Shown here in pieces: positions 36,433 to 49,493 of a DNA stretch of 64,000 nt; position 1 is the first letter of the stretch, and each line of letters opens with the position of its first letter. The notes beneath the pieces are model-generated. The model was not told where the DNA came from and did not search any database. It was given only the letters and a program-made list of their open reading frames with translations. Source of the DNA: Microbotryum violaceum (lineage: Eukaryota); the NCBI GenBank assembly GCA_001244265.2, contig CDLV01000008.1, positions 1,054,001 to 1,118,000 of the forward strand, given 5' to 3'. The position numbers and the translations under genes are program-made.

Positions 36433-38794
36433 ATGTCTCTCCCTCAAAGCAAGACGCAGTATCTCACCGTGCCCGCCACGGCAAAGTCCAAGTCGCTCAA
36501 GACCTACACCAAGGAGGAAGTGGCCCAGGTACGTCAATGAGTGTGCTGTGGTTGGACCGTTGTGCTCGGGCAGGCACTGCGACACGCGCGCCATCTGTGC
36601 CGATTCGGGCTGAGCGGCGCCTATAGCGACCTCGACCTCCGGCTAACCGACGCCGAGCCGGCGCTCTCTGCGGTGCGGTGGCTCTCCGCGATCGCTGCCA
36701 TCATATTCTGCGTTCACGCAGCACGTCACCCATCGTCTGTATACTGAACCGAACATCGTCCCTCGTCCGTGATTGCCAACGAACAGCACTCCAAGGATGG
36801 TGATCTTTGGTGCATCATCGACTCAGCCGTCTATGTAAGCTCTGCGCCCGAAGACACGCGTCGCGCGTTACCTGTCCGCGACGAGCTCACTCACTGACGG
36901 CCGTCATCTTCTGTCCCTACACTGCGCATTCCACAACCCACAGGAGTAAGTCCTGCTCTATGAATCGTATCCTATAACAGCTTCGACAACTAAAAGAGCA
37001 GCTCTTTTCCACTGCAGCTTGAGCAAGTTTGTCGACTTGCACCCCGGTGGAACCGCAGTGTTGCTCGATGAGCTCGTTGCTGGCAAGGTCAGTGATACCC
37101 GCATTGGTGCTCAAAGTAATGGACCAGAGGGCTGACTAGACCAAACTCCGCCTCCACAGGATGCCACCGATGCCTTCTTCGGCATGCACCGATCCGAAGT
37201 GCTTGTCAAGTACGGCCGATTCATCATTGGCACGATCGAGGGCGCCAAGCCTCGCTATATCTTGCCGACGCCCGGTGTCCTTTCGCCCGTCCCTTACGCC
37301 GAGCCCACCTGGCTCACCGAGGGCTTCAAATCGCCTTACTATAATGACGGTCACCGCGCACTGCAAAAGTACATGCGCGAGTTCAACGACGAGTACGTGC
37401 GCGCCGAGGCCCAGGCGCACGAAAAGTCGAACGAGCGACCGACGGTCGAACTCATCCAGAAGATGGGTGCCGAGGGTGTCTACATCAACCACATGCGTCT
37501 CGGCCCCGGTAAGCTCCTTCACGGCTTGGCTCTCCCCGGTGGCGTCAAGGGTGAGGACTTTGACTACTTCCATGAGCAAATCGTCACGCAAGAGCTCGTA
37601 CGCACTGGTGCTCGCGGCTACGCCGATGGTCTCCAGGGTGGTATGGTCATCGGTCTCCCCCCCGTCATGAACTACGGTTCACCGGCTCTCAAGAAGGAGA
37701 TCATCCCCGAGGTCCTTGCCGGTCGCAAGTTCATCTCGCTCGCCATCTCCGAAGCCTTCGCCGGCTCCGACGTCGCCGGTCTTCGCTGCATGGCCAAGAA
37801 GTCCGCCGACGGCAAGCACTATATTGTCAACGGTACCAAAAAGTGGATCACGAATGGAAACTTTTCGGACTACTTCTCGACCGGTGTCAACACGGGTAAC
37901 GGCCTTTCTATGCTCTTGATCCGCCGTGGCGAGGGCGTCGACACCAAGTTGATCAAGACATCCTACTCGACCGCGGCTGGTACGGCCTACATCACCTTCG
38001 ACAACGTCAAGGTTCCCGTTGAGAACTTGATGGGTAAGGAGGGCAAGGGTATCTACGTCATTTTGACCAACTTCAATCACGAGCGTTGGGTCATGTGCTG
38101 CGGTTCTGTGGCCGGGTCGCGCCTGATCGTCGAGGAGTGCTTCAAGTGGGCCCATCAGCGCAAGGTCTTTGGCAAGCCTTTGATCGAGCAAGCCGTGATT
38201 CGCGAGAAGTTCGCGCACATGTTCGCCAAGATCGAGTCGCTGCAGGCCTACCTTGAGAACATCACCTACCAGATGAACCACCTCACCTACGCGCAGCAGG
38301 GTGATTTGCTCGGTGGCCCGATCGGTGCGCTCAAGATGTGGTGCACCAAGATGGCTGGTGAGATCTCGTCCGAGGCCGTTCAGATCTTTGGTGGACGTGG
38401 TATCACGCAGGGTGGTATGGGTGGTATGATCGGTGAGTGGACCTTCTCCATAAAACCTGGAGGCTTGCGTGGTTACTTTTTGCTGAGACTTGCACACCTG
38501 TCTCCAGAGCAATTCCAACGCACGCAAAAGTTCGATGCTATTCTCGGTGGTGCAGGTGAGTTGGCCCCTTTGCCTCGCGGTGACAAGTTTGTGCTTTGCT
38601 GACCTTGCCTGCTCGTTTCTCCCTCTTTCGTCAAATCGATAAGAGGAGATTCTCGGAGATCTTGCGGTAAGTTGCGATTCGGCGCTGCTCGCAGGGTCGA
38701 GCCCAATCACTGATCCTATCCCCTGTGTTTCTGTGCCGTTCTTTGGGAACAGGTCCGCCAAGCGAGCAGGAAGATGCCGCGTGCAGTTTTGTAA
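36433..38794 (+). CDS. Acyl-CoA dehydrogenase with N-terminal cytochrome b5-like domain (multi-exon, includes 2-nt microexon)
   Basis: b5 motifs YTKEEVAQH..LWCIIDSAVYDLSKFVDLHPGG..GKDATDAFFGMH. ACAD motifs LAISEAFAGSDVAG, NGTKKWITNG, NFNHERW, RKVFGKPL, VQIFGGRG and ILGGAEEI. Confidence 0.92.
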
Positions 38795-39184
38795 ATACGT
38801 GTGCAACAAGTGTAGTTCTTATGATGTCACAGCAGCTATTGGTAAATGCTGCTTCCGTATGTCTTCCGGACGTCTATCTATCTCTCACTCGGTGCGATGG
38901 TCAACTTGAGAGGGCCGAGTTTGCTTGACTGTGAAGGCCGTATCGCTAGAAACGTCTTTCCTGAAAGGCGTTTGTTTGGGTGCAACTGGGAAAATGCCCA
39001 TGCAACTTTGCAATCCGCCCGATGAAATACAGCCGAAAGTGCCTGCCGGCGTATTCCGGGCCAGCTGTGTGTGGGCCAGCGCGAGGCAGTGCGAGGCAGA
39101 CGTGACGTCGCAAGGAGCGATCCTTCGTCGACTCTTGTGTGCTTTCCAAGTCAGCCGTCACGAAACGCGGATCAGCGCACTGCG

Positions 39185-42100
39185 ATGTCGGGCTCCCGGT
39201 CAGTCACGCCACGTCCACATCGACACTGGCACTGTATACTGACGTTTGATCAGCCCCACACGGCCAGATTGGACCGATTGATCCAATTGTTCGAGACGGG
39301 CTCGACCGCCTCGGTGCGACTGACGGCGGCTCGTCAACTGGGGCAGATCGCCGGCACCCGCGTCGCACACCCTTCTGTCAAGGCCGAGAACGATTTGAGC
39401 AACCCACTCGGGGGAGGAGAAGAAGCTTCATTGTGGAAGGGAGTCGATGGCGAGTGGAACGAGGTGATACAGCTCGTTGCGAGGGTCAGTGCTTCGGGTC
39501 GCAGGCGTTCGCACGCCCCACACGGACACCGCCTTGCACTTGGGTGGGTCAGTGAGGGAGAGCTCTGAGCTGACAGAAGGGGCGAACAACACTATGGTCG
39601 TTCTTGTAGATCCTTCCTCATTTGCAATCACGCTCGTCCGAAACGCGACAAGCTGCCGCCGCCGCACTAGGCTTCATTTCGAACGCGGTTGGAATATGGG
39701 ATCCCACTTCGACCGCTGCACCCGCTTCGACCCCGCTCGACGACAACGTTTACGCCGACCTATCCGATGGGCTCTCTCTGGATCAATTCGATGTCATGAA
39801 GGTCCTGTCGGAAGGCTCGCTGCTCCTTTCGAGCTCGGGTAACGAGTATGGCATTCTGTCGCATTTGTCGGCCGAAGAACTCGCAAAGGCCCAACGAGAA
39901 GCCATGACGAATCTCGGATTGGGGATGAGTGGGCCAATGGAGCAAGATTTGGGTGTCGACGTTTCGGCCGAGCTAGCCGCTGGTGTGGAAACCGCTTCAA
40001 ACAATCCGGCCAACGAAGTTCCAACCACGACTGCTCGAACGAGTCTGCCCCTGCCCAAATTCAAGAACGAAGGGGCTGCCTCGGTCAAGACCCTTTCGGT
40101 TTTTACCTCCGATGTCCCTGTCACCAGCACATCTAAGCTACCAATCGGTACAGAGGCGTCAAGAGCATCTGCGATCAGTGCACCCATCGCATCGGCGTTA
40201 AACGACGCCGCAGCCACTGACCCCATGCGAGTGGTAGCGACACCGCCAGAGGCTGAAGACGAATTTGCCGGTCTGTCTGCTCGAGAACGGAACAAGCTCA
40301 AGCGCAGGCGCAAGACGGAAGCCAAGTCAACCACGAATGCCGGGGCGGGGGCTTTATCCGCTGCCTCACTCGCCGCACCCCGGCCAAAATCCGAGCCGTG
40401 GATGCGGGGAACGGCACTCCAGCGACCTCTGCGTCCCAAAGAAACGTCACAAGCGAAGCCGTCGTGATCGACCCCCAGGCAAGGGCTAGGGAGAGGGAAC
40501 TCGAGAAGCAACGTCAGGGTGGTGAAGTCATGGTCGACGCCGAGGCGCAGAACCGGGCCGAGATGGAGGTCAAAGCTGGCGAGTGGCCATGGAGAGGAAC
40601 GGTCGAGCGCCTCACAGTAGCTCTGCTATCGCCAAATTGGGAAACGAGACACGGTGCCGCTCTGGGGTTGAAGGAAGTACTCAAGCTGCAAGGCCGTTGC
40701 GGTGGACAGATTGGTAAGGGCGCTTTTCGGAGATTTGAATAGGCATGCCAAAGCTGACTCGACTCGGTCCCTTTCACAGCGGGTCAGACTGTCGCCGCGA
40801 ACCAGGAACGACATCGACGCTGGTCCGAAGATGTTGCTGCAAAGCTCCTTTGTGTATTTGCGCTCGATCGCTTCGGCGACTACAACGCAGATCACGTGGT
40901 TGCTCCTGTCAGGGAAACGGCGGCGCAAGCGCTCGCGACTCTGCTGCCCTGTATGGCAGTGAGTTCGGTCGTCCTCGTCCAACGCTTGCTCATTGCGATG
41001 ATCGATCAGGACGGTGCGCCGCCTTCCCGCGCTTTGTCCGACAAGCGAGACGCGGACTTCGCCCCAGAGCCGAACGTAGGACGTCGAGTCAACTACGCAT
41101 GGCAGGTTCGGCATTCCGGGCTGCTGGGCCTCAAGTACCTCGTGACTGTCAAAGGCGACATGCTTCGCACCAAAGCCGAGCCAGCCAAGGCCGTGAAGCC
41201 CGAGGCCAGTATTGATGGTTCTCAACCGATTGCAACGGCGCTCCTGAAGGAGGTTATAGACGCAGCTCTCCTAGGCCTGAGAGATGGGGACGATGATGTG
41301 CGATCGGCGGCAGCAGCAACCCTCGTATCGGTCGCCGATGCACTCGTCGCGAGCTTCCCCGTCGAGCTCGCAACGGTCGTCGAGGTCTTGTGGGAATGCC
41401 TCGGCGATCTCAAAGACGACTTGTCAAGCTCGGTCGGCGGCGTCATGAACCTGCTCGCCATTTTGCTCCGCTACCCTTCCGTGCTCGCGCTCGTGACCGC
41501 TGGTCGTCCTTTGGCAGACCTAGTGCCTCGACTCTATCCCTTTTTCCGACACGCGATCACATCGGTTCGTGTCGCCGTCCTCAACACCATCCTCGTCTTT
41601 CTTCAGCTGCCTTCCAGTGATCTGAGCTGGGCTGACGATCGACTCTTGCGACTACTATTCCAAAACCTCATCGTCGAGAACAAAGCCGAAATTCGCGCGT
41701 CGTCGGCTCGGGCGTGGCAAGTCTTGCTTTCGGCGCTTCCGTCCAGAATCGCTTGCCTTGCCTCATCTCACATCGCTACATGGTTCGCACTGGTCTCGAC
41801 CCCAGTAGGGACGCCACTCAACACGGCGTTCTTCTGGTCGGCCAAGACAAGCTTGAGCGGCACCGGCGGCTACGTCTACAACGTCGACAGACCGATGATC
41901 TCGCAAGACTTGGCGCTCGTCTCGATCGAGGGAGTTACTAGAGCACGTCTTGCTGGTGCAATCGCACTAGGACAGCTCATCGCTTCATGGCCGTTCGGCA
42001 CCCACGATTCGACTTTTTCTGATGAGCTGACGACACGGCTGAATTCTACCTCCGCCTTTGAACGCTTCCTGGGCGCGACCATCATCGAGGAGTGGGGCGC

Positions 42101-45100
42101 AGCGGCTGCGCCCAAGCTCGAAAGACCCTTGACCCAATGCTCGACAATGGCGTCTCGACTGGCGTCCACCCTTCACTCCGCTGTTGCCGCCGATCCGCCC
42201 GAGTCGTACTCGGAGCTAGACTCGATTCTTGTTCAGATCAACTCCGATTGCTTGGCCTTGTACGCCGCGTTCTCGGCACAGGGTAAGGTCACCAAAGATA
42301 AAATCCCGCAGGTCCCCAAACCATTCCGCATCGTCCACGCTCGCCAGATCGATAGCTCGTACCAGCCTCTGGTCGGCTTCGTTTCCAAAGGCGCGGCGCG
42401 GACGGCACTTCCACAGTTGGAAGAGAAGCACGGCAAGATCAAGAGTGGTATCAGTCAATGGGAAGCTGGAAAAGCGAGTCGAGATCGACAGGTCTCAGCG
42501 GCCATCGCAGGAGCGATCGTGGCGCTGCGCGTCATTCCCGCCAAGCTCACACCTCTTGTACGAAGCCTCAACAATGCCGTCAAGCTCGAAGAGGATCCAG
42601 AGGTCCAGGCTCGATCTGCCTGTGCGATCGCCGCGTTCATCAACCTGTGTTCTATTCCTGGATCAACTATCAAAGCGAATCCCTCTGATAAGATCGTCAA
42701 GAACCTCTGCACTTTCTTGTGCCAGGACAAGACGCGCACGCCCATCTTTGCCGACGAAATGAACGCCGCGCAAGGTATCTTGACCCTCAAATACAAACCT
42801 GCTCGAGGCGAGGCCGTCAAGGAGCTCAAGGAGAAGGAGGTCGAATCGGCTGAGGTTGCCACCGCTCGCGTCACATTTCGTGGTGCGCAGTTAGCTTTGG
42901 CCCAGCTCTCGATCCGGTTTGGGGACGATTTACTGGAGCAGGTGCCGAGGCTGTGGAGCGGGATGTCCGAAGGATTACTTGCGGCGTTTGCTTCTGGTAT
43001 GTCTAAAGTCTGAATGGTGGAAAGCGTTGGCTATCTGTGAGCTCATCATCTCGTGAGACTGCCAACAGGCGACGTCAATCAAGCCGATCAGCTGCTAGCG
43101 ACAAGCGCGGATGCCGGCCAAAGCCTTCTCGATTGCTTGACGGTCCTCCCCATTGGCGCCAAGCAACTGAACGGAAACCTACGTGGTCGCCTGGTCGAGC
43201 TGTTGCCTTCGCTGACCCTAGCGATCCGGAGCAAGTTCGCCGTCGTACGGTATGCAGCAAGCAAGTGCTTTGCTGCAATGTGTGACATCATCTCCGTCGA
43301 AGGGATGAAACACGTCGTCGAGGATGTCGTGCCCGTCATTGGGGACCCGATCAACGTGCAACACCGACGGGGAGCGGTCGAGCTCGTCTCCCACCTCGTC
43401 GACCTTCTCGATATCAAGATCCTGCCCTACGTCATCTTTTTAATCGTGCCTATCCTGGGTCGGATGAGTGATCCAGATGACGATACTCGTCTCGTTGCAA
43501 CCAATACCTTTGCCTCGCTGATCAAACTCGTACCGCTGGAAGCCGGCCTGCCGGATCCTCCCGGCTTCTCTAGCGATCTGCTCGAGAAGCGTCAAGTAGA
43601 GCGCGACTTCCTTGTCCAACTTCTCGACGGTCAAAAGGTGGCCGAGTACAAGATCCCGATCCCAATCGACATCGAACTGCGCACATATCAGCGAGACGGT
43701 GTCAGTTGGCTAGCCTTTCTCGCCAAGTACCAGCTCCACGGCCTCCTTTGTGACGACATGGGCCTCGGCAAGACCTTGCAGTCGATCTGCATACTCGGGA
43801 GCATGCATCATGAGCGTGCTGAGCGGCACAAGAAGACCGGGTCGCCCGATACGGTTCACCTTCCCTCGCTCGTGATTTGCCCTCCGACTCTGACGGGTCA
43901 TTGGCAACAAGAGATCAAGACGTACGCCCCTTTCCTACGCTGTGTCACCTTTGTTGGGCCGAGAGTGTTCCGCGACTCGATCAGCAAGACTCTGGGGTCG
44001 TATGACGTGGTCATCACATCCTACGAAGTGACGCGGAACGAGATCGAGACGCTTTCCAAGCAAGATTGGCACTACTGCATCCTCGATGAAGGCCACATCA
44101 TCAAGAACGGCAAAACCAAGCTCACTAGGTCGGTCAAGATGCTACGAGCGATCCATCGTTTGATACTTTCCGGCACGCCGATCCAGAACAACGTACTCGA
44201 GCTGTGGAGTCTGTTCGACTTCCTCATGCCGGGTTTCCTTGGGTCTGAAAAGTCTTTCAACGACCGATTTGGCAAGCCCATCGCAGCGAGTCGAGATGCC
44301 AAGAGCTCGTCCAAGGAGCAAGAGCAAGGCGCACTCGCGCTCGAGGCGCTACACAAGCAGGTCCTGCCGTTCATCCTGCGACGCCTGAAAGAGGACGTCC
44401 TGGACGACCTGCCGCCCAAGATCATCCAAGACTACTACGTCGAGCTATCGCAACTGCAAAAGGACCTTTACGACGACTTTTCCAAGTCACAGGGTCAGCA
44501 GCTCGTTGACGGTGGCGATGACTCTGGATCAGGCGAAGGAGGTAAACCGCAACACGTCTTCCAGGCTTTGCAGTACCTTCGCAAGCTGGTCAACCACCCC
44601 TCGCTCGTCTTCAATCCCGAGTCGTTTCGGCACCAACAAGCCCTCGAGAAAACTGGATTTCCCTTGATTCGAGACGTGGTCCACGCCCCCAAACTCCATG
44701 CTTTGCGCCAAATCTTGCTCGACTGCGGCATCGGCACGCCGACGATCAAGTCGGAAGCCGAGGACGAAGCCGTTTCGCAGCACCGCGTGCTCATCTTTTG
44801 CCAGCTTAAACAGATGCTCGATATCGTCGAACGCGATCTGTTCCGAGCGTTGATGCCAAGTGTGACGTACATGCGCCTCGACGGATCCACGGACGTCTCA
44901 AAGAGACACGCCGTCGTGCAGACGTTCAACGCGGACCCTTCAATCGACTGCTTGCTGCTGACGACTCACGTTGGTGGTCTTGGCCTTAATTTGACGGGAG
45001 CAGATACGGTCATCTTTGTCGAGCACGATTGGAACCCAATGAAGGATCTGCAGGCAATGGATCGTGCCCATCGATTGGGTCAGAAGAAGGTTGTGAATGT

Positions 45101-45541
45101 ATATCGGCTCATCATGCGTGGAACTCTGGAGGAAAAGATCATGGGGCCAGTACTGATAGTGCTTATGCAGGGGTTACGGTGATGTATCGGCTGACGGTAG
45201 AGTTTTTTGCCACAGTCTGCAAAAGTTCAAACTCAACATCGCGTCGTCGGTGGTGACGCAACAAAACTCGGATCTGTCGACGCTGGGCACCGAGGGCATT
45301 CTAGACTTGTTCCAGGTCACTCCCGAGGGTGGGGCAGGACTCAAAACTGACCCGAACAAGCCAATGAGCCAGAAAGCCATCTTGGCCGAATTGGGTGATC
45401 TGCCGACCGAGGATGAACGTGAGCTTTTCGGATTCCGGAGTTCGCTTTCGCCCGACCATGCTGACATGGTGTCCGCATGCTATTGATGCTTGGGCAGACG
45501 GCGATCTCGATTTCTCCCAGTTTACGAACTCCCGCGCGTAA
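39185..45541 (+). CDS. MOT1: TBP-associated Snf2-family ATPase Mot1/BTAF1 (apparent 1-nt frameshift near 40380)
   Basis: MSGSR|LDRL..LFETGS start, WETRHGAALGLKE, LDRFGDY..VVAPVRETAAQAL, HEAT region. Snf2 motifs LCDDMGLGKT, LDEGH, LSGTPIQN, VGGLGLNLTGAD and DLQAMDRAHRLGQKK. Confidence 0.95.
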
Positions 45542-45831
45542 AAGACTTGAGCATGATGTAGGGAGAAGAAGAGTAGCACACCTGTTTTTTTGATTTTATT
45601 TCCATTTTCTAGCGTTGTAGGCTTGTAACCTTCGGTATTCATCTGTGCAAGTCCGGACTAATCGAATCTTGGCGCGCAGGACGTCGAAGCATCGGAGTTT
45701 CACGCGCTTGCGGCTCCACGCTTCGGAGCAAGTCGCGCGTGTCCGATCGATTGGATTGACTTGGGGGGCGCCCCTGGACGCCTGGTCACTTTCAACCCTG
45801 CACCCCACCCATACACTCCCCCTTGCACATC

Positions 45832-47853
45832 AGTACGTCGCATGCTGTGTTAGTCAGACCTGAGACAATTCCGCTGACTGTGACCGTGTGATATACAGTG
45901 TCTCTTTCCAACAAGCTCTCGATCAAGGACGTCCAGCTCAAGGGCAAGAAAGTGCTCATCCGGTACGTGCGGCCTGTTCGCTTGAGCTGGTGCCCGCCCT
46001 CCTGCCCCACCACCGTCCACGGGCTCACAAGGCTGACGAGATGTCACGCCCATCTACAGAGTCGACTTCAACGTCCCTTTCGATGGACCCAAGATCACAA
46101 ACAATCAGGTTAGTGGGTGCGACAGCTTGTAGTGTCTCTTGTCGGTGGCTCTCTGCGGTGTCCTGTTCTCCGAAATCCATGCGGAGCTCAGTCCTGGTCG
46201 ACGACGATGGAGCGCATCGATGAACGGCGCATATGAACGGCGCATGGACACCCACTGTGCATGTCACGCACTTGAGACCGCGGTGCAGTGATGCTACGAC
46301 GCTACCAGCCCTTTATAATGCTGGACCGAATCAAAAGAGATCGCTATTGCAGCATTGCGTACGAGCTAAGCACCCCGTTGTTGGCACTGGAGCTGACCCA
46401 ACCAATATGCGCCCCTAAACCCGCACTTCTCATATGGTGACCCTGCAACCTCTCCTACTCCAATCCTGTGCCATGCATGGTCTCATTTCGAGGCCACAGC
46501 GCATCGTCGCTGCCATCCCCACGATCAAGCACGCCCTCGACCAAGGCGCCTCGGCCGTCGTGCTCATGTCCCACCTCGGTCGACCGGACGGCCACGTCGT
46601 AAAGAAGTACTCGCTCAAGCCCGTCGCCAAGGAGCTCGAGTCGCTCTTGTCCAGGTCCGTCACCTTCCTTCCCGACTGCGTTGGTGAGGAGACCGAAAAG
46701 GCCGTTGCCAACGCCAAGGACGGCCAGATCATCTTGCTCGAGAACCTGCGCTACCACGCCGAGGAGGAAGGCTCGTCCAAGGACAAGGACGGCAAAAAGA
46801 CCAAGGCTGACCCCGAGGCCGTCAAGAAGTTCCGAGCGAGCCTGACCAAGCTCGGTGACGTCTACGTCAACGACGCCTTCGGTACCGCCCACCGAGCGCA
46901 CTCCTCCATGGTGGGCGTCGACTTGCGCCAAAAGGCCGCCGGTTTGCTCATGACCAAGGAACTCGAGTACTTTGCCAAGGTCCTCGAGGAGCCGCAACGC
47001 CCATTCTTGGCCATCCTTGGTGGTGCCAAGGTCTCTGACAAGATCCAGCTGATCGAGAACCTCCTCGACAAGGTCAGTCCGCATACATCTAAGGTCCCAA
47101 TTCAGGATTTAGACTGACCGACAGGGGATTGGACTCGATGCAGGTCAACTCGTTGATCGTTTGCGGTGGTATGGCCTTCACCTTTAAGAAGACGCTCGAG
47201 AAGGTTGAGATCGGTACCTCCCTGTTCGACAAGGACGGTGCCCAGAAGGTTGCCGAGTTGGTCGAGAAGGCCAAGGCCAAGAACGTCGAGCTCGTCTTCC
47301 CCGTCGACTACATCACCGCCGACAAGTTTGCGAAGGACGCCCAAGTCGGCACCGCAACCGACAAGGAGGGTATTCCCGAGGGCTGGATGGGTCTCGATGC
47401 CGGAGAGGAGTCACGCAAGTTGTTCGCTGAGGCCATCAAGAAGGCCAAGACGATCCTGTGGAACGGCCCCGCCGGTGTCTTTGAATTTGACAACTTTGCC
47501 AAGGGGTCCAAGGCGACGTTGGATGCCTGCATCGAGGCCAAAGAGAATGGCGCTACTGTCATCGTTGGAGGTGCGTTACCGCATCTACACTACTTTGAGG
47601 ATCACACAGCTGATGCGATTGCTTGCTTTCGCCTCACTCTGCAGGTGGTGACACGGCCACCGTTTGCGCCAAGTATGGCGCCGAGGAGAAGCTCTCGCAC
47701 GTCTCGACAGGTGGTGGAGCCTCGCTCGAGCTCCTCGAGGGCAAGGTAAGTGTCTTTGAGAAGTGTCACAGTCTGCGACATATTCATGAGCTGACCGTGC
47801 CGCTTTTCAACTCACAGGAATTGCCCGGTGTCAAGGCCCTTTCCGAGAAATGA
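45832..47853 (+). CDS. PGK1: Phosphoglycerate kinase (7 coding exons; start codon split A|TG)
   Basis: [89 protein letters not shown]. Confidence 0.97.
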
Positions 47854-48151
47854 GGCCGAGACCGAGGCCATCTCTGATCCCAGGAGGAGGCTCGTCCACA
47901 GGCGGAAGGACTCTGAATCATTGAAGAGACATGGTGTACACAGATAGATGCTCGTATCAGAACTGGCTTCAAACACATATTAGAATACGTGAAGTGCGCT
48001 ACAAGAGCGGCGGCTCCGAGCAAAAAACAGGGACCTACGTACCCAAAAGAAAGTGAGACAATTAAAAGGTGGACAAGATATATGTGGCCCGAAGTGCAAC
48101 AACACGCTCCACAAGGACACGTGTGCAGATCAACACATGCACACTATACTC

Positions 48152-48892
48152 TCACAAGCCCGTCCAGACCTTGTCAGCACCTCCGATCAGGATGCCTTTG
48201 CCGTCGAAGTCGACACCTTCGTCGCGCAATAATCTGCGCTTCTTCATCTCCTTGCCTCCGATCTGGTTCTCGTCCCTTTTGTTATTGCCCCACTGCCCTT
48301 GAAATCCGCCGATGAAGAGCTTGGAATCGATGGTGCGGTGGCAAGGGACGTGAGGGTGGAAAGGATTTGAACGGAGCGCTCCGCCGACTGTTTCGGTTGG
48401 AGGATGATGCGATGAGCCCGCAGCGGAGTCTCCAGGCTCGATGTGTGCATAGGAGAATGATCCGACTCACTGGCTCGTGGTGACGAGTCCAATAGCTTGG
48501 CTATGTGCCCATACGTTGTCACCTTGCCTACGGGAATCAACGAGATGTGATCATACACCTGCCAGCACAGGTGCCAAAGGGGACAGAAGGTCCAAGTCAG
48601 CAAGCAGATACGCATCCGGCCGCAGCGCGAAGACGCCTCGCCCACCGGTCGTCCGACCACGTGTAGACGAATCGTGATCGTCACTCACCTTCCATTGATG
48701 GGGAGTCAACTTCCTGCCATCGGGCAACATGAAGCGGGATCGCGCCGCCAGGTCCCTGGGGAAGGGGATGGTCGAGTCAGGCATCGCCTCATCCGACAAG
48801 GTGCGGCCTTTTGAGGGCTTGGCGGTCATTTTAGTAATTCTAGGTTTGGCGGTACGTTCAACGAGGACCGTTTGAGTGCGAGTAGGGGCCAT
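48152..48892 (-). CDS. MGT1: O6-methylguanine-DNA methyltransferase (3 exons)
   Basis: Spliced product TPHQWKVY..IPVGKVTTYGHIAKLLDSSPRAIGGALRSNPFHPHVPCHRTI contains the active-site PCHR; ..LLRDEGV. Confidence 0.85.
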
Positions 48893-49493
48893 GGGCGAGT
48901 AGGTGCGTAGGCGAGGCGTGCGTGATGTGTAGGGTGTAGGGCCGTCCTCGAAGGGGGTGGGCGAAGTCAAAAAGCCAGGAAGCGGGGATACAACGCGTCG
49001 CGTCTCGCGCGCTCGTTTGACATGAGCGCGAGTCATGCACGCCTCCGAACTCGGCTAACTGAATTTTTGGCGAAACAGAACGAGTGCAGATCTTGTCACC
49101 CCTACATCGCAGACTTACTTCCTAACTATCCGTTTAGTGGTGGAAATAGAGAGAGCGTTGCAGGTCGTTTTGGCCCCTTTGTATCGTATGCTCAGAATCA
49201 GAATTAGCACATTCGTCGGCGGCTCGGCCGAGGTTACGCCCGTGGCAGCCATCGACATCCCAAGCCGCTGACAGCCTTGGTAACCGCGGCGGTTCTCGCG
49301 CGCGCTGTTGCCCGCGCGGCCTATCCGCAGCCGCCTGTATGCCTGCAGCCGCTCGGCGTTCTGACCGATGCTTGGAGGTTCCAGCGCACGCCCGGCTTTG
49401 CTTCTCTCCTGCTCCCCTCCGCAACTCGAATCACCTACCCGTTTCCCACCCTTTCCCTCCTGTCAATTCACTCGATAAAAACAATACTCCATC

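Noticed and set aside
37679-38809. 376-aa antisense ORF (also 6916..7764, 46455..47084, 50893..51687)
   Set aside because: Shadow ORFs opposite codon-biased, GC-rich genes; no motifs.
46280-46400. Box C/D snoRNA in the PGK intron
   Set aside because: The C box is imperfect (GTGATGC), the CTGA overlaps a branch-point-like motif, and no guide was recognised.
48152-48892. Alkyltransferase-like (ATL, catalytically dead) protein
   Set aside because: The spliced product has PCHR with Cys, so it is a conventional MGMT.
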